A DNA stretch of 32,000 nt from Candidatus Saccharimonadota bacterium. Its GTDB lineage: Bacteria; Patescibacteriota; Patescibacteriia; 2-12-FULL-60-25. Where the stretch lies: NCBI GenBank assembly GCA_022843095.1, contig JALHOH010000001.1:450001-482000 (forward strand), read 5' to 3'. This document shows, one piece after another, positions 14,523-22,532 of this stretch (position 1 is its first letter; each line of letters opens with the position of its first letter). The notes beneath the pieces were generated by a model that worked only from the letters and a program-made list of their open reading frames with translations, did no database searches and was not told the origin of the DNA. The position numbers and the translations under genes are program-made.

Positions 14523-15794
14523 ATGTGGGAATCACTTGCTCGCGTGTGGCGCGTCAAAGACGTGCGGAACGGCCTGCTCTTCGTGCTCGCCATGATGGTG
14601 GTGTTCCGCATCGCCGCGAACATCCCGTTGCCGGGCATCGACATCGGGGCGCTCCAGCGGTTCATTGACGCAAACAACGTGCTTGGTCTCCTGAACCTCT
14701 TTTCCGGTGGCACGATTCGCAATTTCAGCATCGTGGCACTCGGGGTCGCGCCGTACATCACGGCATCGATCATCTTCCAGTTGCTTGGCATGATGGTGCC
14801 ACGCATCGAGGAGATCCAAAAAGATGGCGAACAGGGCCAGAAGCGCATCAACCGATGGACACGGTGGCTGACCGTGCCATTGGCCATCATTCAGTCATTT
14901 AGCTTGCTGCAGCTCATGCAGTCGTCCCAGGTGCCGATTCTGACGCGCACCGACGCCTTCCATATTCTGACGATTGTGCTCACCGTCACGGCGGGAACCA
15001 TGTTCCTGGTCTGGATGGGGGAACTCATCACGGAAAAGAAGGTGGGGAACGGAACGTCGCTGTTGATCGCGGCGGGGATCATGGCAGATTTGCCATCGCA
15101 GGTGTCGCAAGCACTTACGACCTTTGACGGGTCGCAGTACTTCACCCTTGCGCTCTATGCCGCGGTTGCGGTTGTCACGATCGCCGGAGTCATCTTTGTC
15201 TCCGAAGGTCAGCGCAACATTCCGGTGCAGTACGCTCGGCAGGTGCGCGGGTTGGGTGGGGCATCCACCTCGACCATGCTGCCGCTTCGCATCAATATGG
15301 TGGGGGTGATTCCGATCATCTTCGCCATCTCGCTCTTGGTCTTCCCGACCATGATTGCGCAGTTTGTGGCACAGGCCCGCACAGCGTGGCTTGCAAACGC
15401 CGCAAATTGGGTGATGCTGACCTTACAGAATCAGTGGGTATACGGCATTGCGTATTTCGTGCTCGTGGTCCTGTTCACGTATTTCTACACGGAAATCGTG
15501 TTTCATCCGGATCGCGTTGCCGAAAACCTTCAAAAACAAGGCGGCTTTATTCCGGGGATCCGTCCGGGCAAGCCGACGTCCGAATATCTGTGGGCCGTGG
15601 TGCGCCGCATCACGCTTGCGGGGGCGTTGTTTCTTGGAGCAATCGCCGTGTTGCCGATCGTGGCACAAGGGATTACGGGGACGCAGGCACTGGCGCTTGG
15701 AGGCACCTCGCTTCTCATCGTCGTGTCCGTGATCATCGAATCCATGAAACAGATCGAATCGCAGCTCACGATGCGTGCGTACGAAACGTACTAG
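14523..15794 (+). CDS. secY: Preprotein translocase subunit SecY
   Basis: MWESLARVW.VKDVRN.LLF.L.....FRIA..IP.PGID then ten TM-like segments, 423 aa. ATG 14523 (CGTATG) is preferred over 14484, which lies inside the hairpin stem. Confidence 0.92.
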   Translation: MWESLARVWRVKDVRNGLLFVLAMMVVFRIAANIPLPGIDIGALQRFIDANNVLGLLNLFSGGTIRNFSIVALGVAPYITASIIFQLLGMMVPRIEEIQKDGEQGQKRINRWTRWLTVPLAIIQSFSLLQLMQSSQVPILTRTDAFHILTIVLTVTAGTMFLVWMGELITEKKVGNGTSLLIAAGIMADLPSQVSQALTTFDGSQYFTLALYAAVAVVTIAGVIFVSEGQRNIPVQYARQVRGLGGASTSTMLPLRINMVGVIPIIFAISLLVFPTMIAQFVAQARTAWLANAANWVMLTLQNQWVYGIAYFVLVVLFTYFYTEIVFHPDRVAENLQKQGGFIPGIRPGKPTSEYLWAVVRRITLAGALFLGAIAVLPIVAQGITGTQALALGGTSLLIVVSVIIESMKQIESQLTMRAYETY

Positions 15795-15809
15795 CGCACA
15801 AAGAGCCAT

Positions 15810-15837
15810 AAAAAACGTCCAGAAATGGGCGTTTTTT
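15810..15837 (+). terminator. Intrinsic terminator after secY
   Basis: AAAAAACGTCCA (15810-15821) gaaa TGGGCGTTTTTT (15826-15837). This is a 12-bp stem with one G-U pair, ending in a T6 run. Confidence 0.7.
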
Positions 15838-15900
15838 ATGAATCAGGCTGTTGCCTTGGCATAGACGACATTCCACGCTACGCTACGGAGCGCATCGTCT

Positions 15901-16560
15901 ATGGCTCGCAAGCGACTTCGTGCCGTCATCTTTGGTCCGCAGGGAAGCGGAAAAGGCACGCAAGGACAATTGCTGGCAGAGCGGTTGGATGTGCCGCTGA
16001 TTGGCGCAGGGGATTTGTGCCGCGCGGAGATCGCCGAAGGAACGCCACTTGGTCGCCTCATGGATGAGTATGTGTCGCACGGGATGCTTGCGCCGGATGA
16101 ACTGGTGCACGCGATTATCCTAAAGCGGTTGGCGCATGTTCCCATGGAAAAAGGATTTATCCTGGACGGATTTCCACGGAACGTCGAGCAGGCCGGGTTC
16201 TTTGATAAGTTTTGCAAGTTGACACTCGCGATTCACCTTAAAATGCCGGATGCGGTGGCGGTGGAACGATTGGCGCATCGTCGACAATGCCCGAAGTGTA
16301 AATCCGTGTATCACCTAAAACACCTGCCGCCGGCGATCGAAGGGATCTGCGCGTTGTGCAAAGGGGAATTGGTGCATCGCGACGATGATGTGGAGGAGGT
16401 GATTCGGAAACGTCTCGCGGTGTATCATTTTATGACCGAGCCGATGGTTGTGTACTATCGGGCACGCGGTGTGCTGCTCTCGGTGAATGCGGATCAGCCG
16501 GTGCGGGAACTCTTTGATGAACTGATTAAGAAAATGGGCAAACTAGGATTTTCTGTATGA
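15901..16560 (+). CDS. adk: Adenylate kinase (long form with Cys4 zinc lid)
   Basis: FGPQGSGKGTQ P-loop, GDL.R, lid C.KC...Y......C..C.G.L..R.DD. 219 aa, TGA stop. Confidence 0.95.
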   Translation: MARKRLRAVIFGPQGSGKGTQGQLLAERLDVPLIGAGDLCRAEIAEGTPLGRLMDEYVSHGMLAPDELVHAIILKRLAHVPMEKGFILDGFPRNVEQAGFFDKFCKLTLAIHLKMPDAVAVERLAHRRQCPKCKSVYHLKHLPPAIEGICALCKGELVHRDDDVEEVIRKRLAVYHFMTEPMVVYYRARGVLLSVNADQPVRELFDELIKKMGKLGFSV

Positions 16561-17342
16561 GCATGAAAAAAACGCCGGAAGAAATCGCGAAGCTCCGTGC
16601 CTGCGGAGCGCTTTTGTCGAAGACGTTGCGTGAAGTCCGCGCGCAATGCGTCGCGGGTGCGTCAACCGAGGCATTGGACGCGCTTGCGCGCAAACGGTTT
16701 GCAGAGGCGGGCGGCACGCCGTCATTTTTGGGATATCTCATCGGGGACGATGTCCCACCGTTTCCGGGCGCGCTTTGTGTGTCCATCAACGAGGAGGTGG
16801 TGCATGGGTTGCCTATCCCGAACCGGACGATCAAGGACGGGGATATTGTCGGGCTGGACATCGGTGTCTGGTTGGATGGCGTGTGCACGGACATGGCGAC
16901 CACGGTGATCGTCGGCGAGGTAGATCAACAAACGCGTCAGTTGGTCGCGGATACGCGTGCTTCGCTTGAGGTTGCGCTTGGGCAGGTGAAGGCCGGAAAT
17001 TGGGTGCATGACATTGGCGCGGCCGTGGAAGATTTTTTGCTTCCAAAAAAATACGGAATCGTGAAGGATTTGGTGGGGCACGGCGTTGGGCATGCAGTCC
17101 ATGAAGAACCGCAGGTGCCGAATTATCGCGAACCGCGCGCGCCAAAAATCCGGTTGGAAACGGGGATGGTACTGGCTCTTGAACCGATGGTGAACCTGGG
17201 GACGTGGCGCGTCCGCTTAAAGCGCGACGGTTGGACGGTGGTCACGGCAGACGGAAGTCGCTCCGCGCATTTTGAGGTGACGGTTGCGGTCACAGATACG
17301 GGGTATGAACTCTTGACGCCGTGGCCGGACGTGAAAGAATAG
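16557..17342 (+). CDS. map: Methionine aminopeptidase, type I
   Basis: Metal ligands are in the expected context (VVHG.P, GDIVGLD.G....G...D...T...G, GHG.G...HE.P.V.NY, LEPM, E.T). ATG 16557 overlaps the adk TGA (ATGA); ATG 16563 is the alternative start. Confidence 0.93.
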   Translation: MSMKKTPEEIAKLRACGALLSKTLREVRAQCVAGASTEALDALARKRFAEAGGTPSFLGYLIGDDVPPFPGALCVSINEEVVHGLPIPNRTIKDGDIVGLDIGVWLDGVCTDMATTVIVGEVDQQTRQLVADTRASLEVALGQVKAGNWVHDIGAAVEDFLLPKKYGIVKDLVGHGVGHAVHEEPQVPNYREPRAPKIRLETGMVLALEPMVNLGTWRVRLKRDGWTVVTADGSRSAHFEVTVAVTDTGYELLTPWPDVKE

Positions 17343-17351
17343 GGTCAACCT

Positions 17352-17720
17352 ATGTTCATGGAAGGGCAGAGCCAACGTGGACCAGAACATGAGCGCTTGC
17401 GCATGCGGAATTTGGTGCAAGCCGGTTTAATGATGCGCTACGCCGAAGACATGAAGAAACGGGGGATCGAGATGACACAGGATGAGGCGGCAATGGAATG
17501 GATTGCACGGTATGCATCAGCGTTTGGGGGCGCATTTGATAATCCGTCCGAATGGAAAAAAGTGGAAGCACTGAAGGATCCAAGTGCGCTTCAGGCGTAT
17601 TTGAACGAACGGGCGGGGTACTTGGAAACGCTGCGTGCGCGTACACCGGACCCGCGTGAACAGCTTGCTCTCGAACGGCTTTCCCTGGAGGAATTAAAGG
17701 CACGTGCCACAACATCCTAA
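17352..17720 (+). CDS. Hypothetical helical protein, last gene of the operon
   Basis: 122-aa ORF that starts in the operon-type junction context (CAACCTATG), 9 nt after the map TAG. It ends ...TS-TAA like several r-protein genes and is followed by a terminator. No family recognised. Confidence 0.55.
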   Translation: MFMEGQSQRGPEHERLRMRNLVQAGLMMRYAEDMKKRGIEMTQDEAAMEWIARYASAFGGAFDNPSEWKKVEALKDPSALQAYLNERAGYLETLRARTPDPREQLALERLSLEELKARATTS

Positions 17721-17755
17721 ACACCTCGATTCCATTGACCGGACGGGGTGTTTTT
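17721..17755 (+). terminator. Intrinsic terminator
   Basis: ACACCTCG (17721-17728) / CGGGGTGT (17744-17751) with one G-U pair and a 15-nt loop, then TTTT. Confidence 0.5.
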
Positions 17756-17798
17756 GATAGCGTCGCCCATACTCGGATGGACGAGTGGAGGTGAAGCC

Positions 17799-18647
17799 AT
17801 GGAAGAGTTTGAAACGCGGATTACGACCGCAAAAGGAGAGTTGTTCGGAGCCTTTCGCGCGATTGATGCCCGGAGGCGGGTCATCGTCAGCCGTGATCGC
17901 ATTTCGTACGAAGAGAAGGGGAAGGGAAGCGCGGTGCTTCCGCGCGGCACGTGTTTTGCGCTTACCACCTCGACGGTGGAAGGGCGACCCAAGCGGACGA
18001 TTTTGGACGATGGCCTCGTCCAGGCGTGGCGTCAGGCGCATCATGTGCGGGATGCGAATTTGCACAAAGCGGGTGTGATCGTGGAGTCAGCGGAACCGGC
18101 TCTGCAGCACAAAAAACAATCCCATGAGCAGATCGCGTCTGTGTATCAGGGACTGGCCAATGCGCTCTTGCTGCGTTTGCAGGCGATCGAGGAGGTGATC
18201 GTGCGGGCAGAGCAATGGTGCCTTCCTGGCGCGTCTACGATCGATCCAGCCATGCTCGTGCGGGATCTTGAGGTGATCTGGGAGCGACCGTATGTCGAGC
18301 GTGCGATGGCACTTGCGGGAGCGATTCGTGAATCGGGCGCCTCGACGCCCGGCGCGCTCGTGGAGGTGCGGTCGCTGCGTCTCATCCACATGCTTTCGAT
18401 GGACCTTCTGTCGCCCGTCGCGTTCGCGCTGACGGAAGCGGATGAAGAATCTAAAGGCGTCGATACCTGTTGGGCACGCGTCGCGGAGGGAAGGAAGGCG
18501 GTGATTCATCTCCTGAAGCAAGGGACGTTCCACCGTGATCGGGAGATCCGAGACGCGCTCGCGGCACAGCCCCCGATCATCAAGGCGAAGCAGGCGAAGG
18601 TACTGAAACACACGACGGAGCAGGTGATTCGGTTCCTTGCGGGTTGA
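17799..18647 (+). CDS. Hypothetical protein (282 aa)
   Basis: GGAGG (17787-17791) lies 7 nt upstream of ATG 17799; the ORF-track start 17748 has no RBS. TGA 18645-18647 is followed by a terminator. No family recognised. Confidence 0.6.
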   Translation: MEEFETRITTAKGELFGAFRAIDARRRVIVSRDRISYEEKGKGSAVLPRGTCFALTTSTVEGRPKRTILDDGLVQAWRQAHHVRDANLHKAGVIVESAEPALQHKKQSHEQIASVYQGLANALLLRLQAIEEVIVRAEQWCLPGASTIDPAMLVRDLEVIWERPYVERAMALAGAIRESGASTPGALVEVRSLRLIHMLSMDLLSPVAFALTEADEESKGVDTCWARVAEGRKAVIHLLKQGTFHRDREIRDALAAQPPIIKAKQAKVLKHTTEQVIRFLAG

Positions 18648-18650
18648 TAC

Positions 18651-18679
18651 GAAGGTCTCAGCGGAGACCTTCTTTTTTT
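18651..18679 (+). terminator. Intrinsic terminator overlapping the 3' end of the convergent methyltransferase gene
   Basis: GAAGGTCTC (18651-18659) agcg GAGACCTTC (18664-18672) plus a T7 run. Confidence 0.65.
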
Positions 18680-19200
18680 GTGCAGGTAAACACGAACGCG
18701 GGCGGGACATTGAGAGGCACGAATTCGACGCGGACCTGTTCGCGACCGAAGAGCGCAATGAGCTCGTTCAGGGTGGTTTTGGAGTATTGAAACATGACGA
18801 ACGTCCCACCGGGGGCGAGTCGCGAAAAAATGTCATGAAACACGCGCCGCCGTTTTTCGCGATCCATCACGGCAAAGGGAATGCCTGAGATGATAGAGGT
18901 GTACGCCGGTTTTTTTGCGAGCGCTTCTTCGATGTCGCAGCAGTGTGTCGTGAGCTGGGGAAAGAGTTGTTCGAGATGCTTCACCAGGGCGGGATCAATC
19001 TCGACAAGTTCCAGCTTCCCATGCGGAGGAAGTGTCTGGAGGATTGCTTTTGTGATGGGACCACGTCCCGCGCCAAGTTCCAGAACATCCCCATCCAGTC
19101 GCGCATGCTTGACCATCGCCTCTGCCAAAAACGGACTACTATCCGCGATGCTTCCCGTTTGTTTTGGCGTTTTGAGAAAGCGTTGGAGAAGGGTTGCCAT
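18658..19200 (-). CDS. Small class I SAM-dependent methyltransferase (rRNA adenine dimethylase / phospholipid N-methyltransferase-like)
   Basis: 180 aa with motif I VLELGAGRGPIT, then LVEID acidic loop, then ISGIPF. Start is in ATATG context. Confidence 0.75.
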   Translation of the reverse strand: MATLLQRFLKTPKQTGSIADSSPFLAEAMVKHARLDGDVLELGAGRGPITKAILQTLPPHGKLELVEIDPALVKHLEQLFPQLTTHCCDIEEALAKKPAYTSIISGIPFAVMDREKRRRVFHDIFSRLAPGGTFVMFQYSKTTLNELIALFGREQVRVEFVPLNVPPAFVFTCTKKEGLR

Positions 19201-19242
19201 ATCGGGATCAGGGTACGCGAGTGGAGCGAAAAAGGCGAATGC

Positions 19243-19272
19243 AAAAACACCTCCGTTGCAGGAGGTGTTTTT
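19243..19272 (-). terminator. Terminator immediately 3' of tRNA-Val
   Basis: AAAAACACCTCC / GGAGGTGTTTTT hairpin (19243-19272). On the minus strand it is followed by a T-run. Confidence 0.6.
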
Positions 19273-19273
19273 A

Positions 19274-19350
19274 TGGTGGACGGCAGAGGAGTCGAACCTC
19301 TGACCTTCACAATGTCAATGTGACGCTCTAACCAACTGAGCTAGCCGTCC
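19274..19350 (-). tRNA. tRNA-Val (anticodon GAC), CCA encoded
   Basis: The manual fold of the reverse complement is GGACGGC TA GCTC AGTTGGTTA GAGC G TCACA TTGACAT TGTGA AGGTC AGAGG TTCGACT CCTCT GCCGTCC A CCA. All stems are Watson-Crick; 77 nt. Confidence 0.95.
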
Positions 19351-19375
19351 GCAGGAACCATCAAGAAGCGCGAAA

Positions 19376-19405
19376 ACTATAGCGGTTTTGAGAGAGGGAC
19401 GTCAA
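19376..19405 (-). promoter_or_regulatory. Promoter candidate for tRNA-Val
   Basis: On the minus strand: TTGACG (19405-19400), 18 nt, TATAGT (19381-19376). This sits ~25 nt upstream of the mature 5' end. Confidence 0.5.
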
Positions 19406-19440
19406 TAGAAGAAGACCCGCCAGAGGGCGGCGGGTGCATC

Positions 19441-19683
19441 TTAGTGATGCGTACAGATGCGATGAAGTTCGGCGCGCGAAGGGGCGGGGAGCTGTCCCGA
19501 GCCCGCCTCTGCTTGGGCGCACCAGTGAAAGAACGCTTCTTCCGAGTCATGGAGAACGCGTTCGCGACGCAAAAGGTCGCGTTCACGTTCTTCGCGTGTG
19601 TGTTGCTCGAACGCGTTTTCTGAACGAATGAGCGAGAAGAGACCGATCGATGCGATAATTCCGAGCGCGTACAACCACCTCAT
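19441..19683 (-). CDS. Small N-terminally anchored membrane protein (80 aa), hypothetical
   Basis: GGAGG lies 4 nt upstream of the ATG. One N-terminal TM segment (WLYALGIIASIGLFSLI) is followed by a charged helix. A CCGCC/GGCGG hairpin (19416-19429) follows the stop. Confidence 0.45.
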   Translation of the reverse strand: MRWLYALGIIASIGLFSLIRSENAFEQHTREERERDLLRRERVLHDSEEAFFHWCAQAEAGSGQLPAPSRAELHRICTHH

Positions 19684-19792
19684 GAGACCTCCAGGGTATC
19701 AATCGTTGCAGGAATTCCGAAACGTTTCAAGGCTCCTCGTGGATTGGACATATCCACAAGTCTCTGGAGGATCTGCGAGAAAGAATGGAGTG

Positions 19793-19801
19793 TGCTATAC
19801 T
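19793..19801 (+). promoter_or_regulatory. Extended -10 promoter element
   Basis: TGcTATACT lies ~30 nt upstream of ATG 19833. Confidence 0.4.
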
Positions 19802-19832
19802 GTCATCATCACTCACATGCGATCAGTACTTT

Positions 19833-20318
19833 ATGTCGAATCTTCCCTCTAAGCGACGTCCGGTGCGCCGACGTTCTGTTGCAGAAACAGAACCCGCAAC
19901 AGATGCTTCGACGCCCATCCCAACGGGACCGGGATCATCGGGCGATGCCTCTTGCGGACACGGAAAATGCTATGGTCCGCAATGTTCTGTTCGGTACGTC
20001 GGACCCACATCGCACTTGCGCGACCACCATGCGATGCATGCCTCCCGTGGGATGACGCATGTCTGGATGGCGGCAATCGTGACCGGTACGGCGCTTGTGT
20101 TAACCGGAGCGCTCGCATTCACCTCGGTGCAGGCAAAAGATGTTCAGCGTCAAGCGCGGCAAGAGCTCATGCAAAAGCAGGATTGGGGAAAGGTGACGCA
20201 ACGATTAGAAGCAATGGAAAAAGCGATGCGCGACATCCGTGAATTGTGTGCAAAGGCAGGCTCTATGCCAACGCCGCGCCCACTTCCACCGTCCTCAACT
20301 TCCACCAACGCACAATAA
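19833..20318 (+). CDS. Hypothetical single-pass membrane protein with Cys/His cluster
   Basis: Start chosen at ATG 19833 (TTATG) downstream of the extended -10; the ORF-track start 19785 would lie upstream of it. Basic N-terminus, CGHGKCYGPQC cluster, TM VWMAAIVTGTALVLTGALAF, coiled-coil-like C-terminal part. Confidence 0.5.
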   Translation: MSNLPSKRRPVRRRSVAETEPATDASTPIPTGPGSSGDASCGHGKCYGPQCSVRYVGPTSHLRDHHAMHASRGMTHVWMAAIVTGTALVLTGALAFTSVQAKDVQRQARQELMQKQDWGKVTQRLEAMEKAMRDIRELCAKAGSMPTPRPLPPSSTSTNAQ

Positions 20319-20320
20319 CA

Positions 20321-20347
20321 AAAAGCACCCCGTTCGGGGGTGTTTTT
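20321..20347 (+). terminator. Intrinsic terminator
   Basis: AAAAGCACCCC (20321-20331) / GGGGTGTTTTT (20337-20347), an 11-bp stem ending in a T-run. Confidence 0.7.
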
Positions 20348-20355
20348 GTAGACGC

Positions 20356-20379
20356 AAAAACCGGCGTTTGCCGGTTTTT
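20356..20379. terminator. Bidirectional terminator (3' of tRNA-Gln on the minus strand)
   Basis: AAAAACCGGC gttt GCCGGTTTTT, with an A-run and a T-run on either side. Confidence 0.65.
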
Positions 20380-20384
20380 GAACA

Positions 20385-20458
20385 TGGCTCCGGGACTTGG
20401 ATTCGAACCAAGATACGCAGCTCCAGAGGCTGCAGTCCTACCATTAGACGATCCCGGA
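20385..20458 (-). tRNA. tRNA-Gln (anticodon CTG), CCA encoded
   Basis: The manual fold of the reverse complement is TCCGGGA TC GTCT AATGGTA GGAC T GCAGC CTCTGGA GCTGC GTAT CTTGG TTCGAAT CCAAG TCCCGGA G CCA. The U1-A72 pair is typical of bacterial tRNA-Gln. Confidence 0.93.
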
Positions 20459-20477
20459 AAGAAACGATGGCCGCGCC

Positions 20478-20506
20478 AGTGTACCCATCCGCGAGGCCAG
20501 CGTCAA
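20478..20506 (-). promoter_or_regulatory. Promoter candidate for tRNA-Gln
   Basis: On the minus strand: TTGACG (20506-20501), 17 nt, TACACT (20483-20478). It lies directly after the ndh-like stop codon. Confidence 0.5.
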
Positions 20507-20511
20507 CAGGG

Positions 20512-21699
20512 TTAGAGACCTGTAATTTGCGTAAACCGTACCCGATAAAACAGATCGCGTACCCAGGGGGCGATGCGGGTTTTCCATTGAAAGAACTTCA
20601 TATCAAGATACCCCGTCGTCCCATACGACAGCAGGTTTCCGCGCGAAACATAGCGAAACGGTTTTAACGGTAGGTTCTGTGCTTCGCGTACGATATTGTT
20701 TGCGATGGTCGCACTCATCATCATGGCGGTTTGCGCATTCTTTGGGATCACTACATTCCGTTCCCGGTACAATGCGCAATCACCTGCGGCAAAAACGCCG
20801 GGTTCGATGCGAAGGGATTGATCCACGGAAAGACAGCCGGATTTATCCACGGCATAGGGCGGGATGGCTTCGATCCGACGGGGAAGAATCCCGGCGCACC
20901 AGATGACGAGATGCGAGTTGATGCGTGTGCCTTTGGAGGTTAACAAAAACCCATCACCCAATTTAGCCGCTGCATCACCCAAGTGTGCTGTGATCCCTTG
21001 GTGAGCCAGTTCGTCCATGGTGCCGTTCACGAGGTTTGGGGGAAAGCCGGGGAGGATTTGCGGAGCGGCTTGCACAAGATGGAGACGAGGTGCATGAATC
21101 AGTGCGGGTGCGGATTTTGCGAGCGCACGTTCGAGATAGCCTTTGATGGCAAATAGCGCTTCCAATCCGGATGGACCTCCGCCGACGACGGCGACCGTGA
21201 GAAGCGCTTCCGCTGATTCTGGGGTTTGTATCGCGGCTGCGATCAGTTCGTTTGCACGCGCATGGATCTGTTCGACATGCGCAACGGATTTTAATGGGAA
21301 GGCAAACGTATCGGTGCCAGGAACGCCAAAAAAATTCGTCTCTGATCCGGACGCAAGGACAAGTGCGTCATAGGGAACGGGGGTCAGGGTTTCTTCCTGC
21401 GGTTCCTGAACAAACACAATTTTGCGAGCTCGATCCACGCTCAAGGTGTGGCCTTGGACGTAGGTAAAACCATCGCGTGCGGCGATCTGTTTGAGCGGGG
21501 CGACGACGTGGGTCGCATCCGGTCGTGCGAGTAGGTCGATCAAGCGCGGAGAAAACTGAAATACGTCTTTTTCATCAATGAGCGTGACGGCGTGCGTATG
21601 GCGAAGGCGTGCGGCGAGTGTACGTGCCGTCGGGAGCCCGACAAATCCGGCTCCGACAATGACAATACGTTGCGGTTGCATGTCCTGGTTGTACCACAT
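20512..21699 (-). CDS. ndh: Type II NADH dehydrogenase-like FAD-dependent pyridine nucleotide-disulfide oxidoreductase
   Basis: Two dinucleotide-binding motifs (RIVIVGAGFVGL and VAVVGGGPSGLE) plus the C-terminal AAGDCA motif. 395 aa. The alternative start is Met7 (21681). Confidence 0.82.
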   Translation of the reverse strand: MWYNQDMQPQRIVIVGAGFVGLPTARTLAARLRHTHAVTLIDEKDVFQFSPRLIDLLARPDATHVVAPLKQIAARDGFTYVQGHTLSVDRARKIVFVQEPQEETLTPVPYDALVLASGSETNFFGVPGTDTFAFPLKSVAHVEQIHARANELIAAAIQTPESAEALLTVAVVGGGPSGLEALFAIKGYLERALAKSAPALIHAPRLHLVQAAPQILPGFPPNLVNGTMDELAHQGITAHLGDAAAKLGDGFLLTSKGTRINSHLVIWCAGILPRRIEAIPPYAVDKSGCLSVDQSLRIEPGVFAAGDCALYRERNVVIPKNAQTAMMMSATIANNIVREAQNLPLKPFRYVSRGNLLSYGTTGYLDMKFFQWKTRIAPWVRDLFYRVRFTQITGL

Positions 21700-21704
21700 A
21701 AGAT
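21676..21704 (+). promoter_or_regulatory. Promoter-like box that would give a leaderless GT2 mRNA
   Basis: TTGCAT (21676-21681), 17 nt, TAAGAT (21699-21704), with GTG 21711 lying 7 nt downstream. The box lies inside the first codons of the divergent ndh-like gene. Confidence 0.3.
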
Positions 21705-21710
21705 GCCGCC

Positions 21711-22532
21711 GTGCCTACGGAATCGACAAAAAAGCCACGTGTTGCCGTGATTACCGTGACCTATAACCTCTTGCGTGACGGATGCGTCGCGTCGGTTCGA
21801 CGTGCCGTTGAATCCTGTGAAGCGGGTGCTTGTTATGTTGTGGGGGATAATGGATCAACGGTATTTCGCGCAGACGAGGCGGTGAAAACAGTGATGCCGG
21901 ACGCGCGGGTGTTTTTGCGTGGCCGCAATATAGGATTTGGGGGTGGGAATAACTTTGCGGCAATGCATGTCGAGGCGGACTATTATTTTTTCTTGAATCC
22001 AGATACGGAGCTCACGGATCCTGGAACGCTGGATGCGTTGGTCGCGTTTATGGATGCGCATCCGGATGTCGGGATCGTCGGGCCAAAACAGGTGTATCCG
22101 GACGGTCGATTGCAAGAGACGTGTCGCGCATTTCCGGCGTGGTATATGCCGTTTATCCAACGAACCCCGCTTGGAAAGACCGCCTTCGGGAAACGATATC
22201 TCCAGCGGTTTTTGATGAGTGACTACGATCATGCGACGGTTGCCGACGTGGATTGGGTGCAGGGATCGGCGCTTTTTGTGCGTGCGGACATCTGGAAAAA
22301 AATCGGCGGATTCGATGAACGATTTTTTATGTACTTTGAAGACACGGATGTCTGCCGGCGAGCAAAAAAGGTAGGCGCGCGCGTCGTGTATCTTCCGGAC
22401 ATTGTGCTTACGCATGCCCACGAACGCGCAAGTGCCAAAAAGAGCCCGCTTGCGGGGCTCTTATTCTCCAAAACGGCGCGCTACCATTTTGTGAGTTGGC
22501 TCAAATATCTTTGGAAGTGGAAGGGGAGATAG
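21711..22532 (+). CDS. Family 2 glycosyltransferase (WbbL/rhamnosyltransferase-like)
   Basis: VAVITVTYN, DNGS, N.GFGGGNN, LNPDT, GSALFVRA.....GGFDE.FFMYFED.D.CRR. GTG start. Confidence 0.82.
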   Translation: MPTESTKKPRVAVITVTYNLLRDGCVASVRRAVESCEAGACYVVGDNGSTVFRADEAVKTVMPDARVFLRGRNIGFGGGNNFAAMHVEADYYFFLNPDTELTDPGTLDALVAFMDAHPDVGIVGPKQVYPDGRLQETCRAFPAWYMPFIQRTPLGKTAFGKRYLQRFLMSDYDHATVADVDWVQGSALFVRADIWKKIGGFDERFFMYFEDTDVCRRAKKVGARVVYLPDIVLTHAHERASAKKSPLAGLLFSKTARYHFVSWLKYLWKWKGR

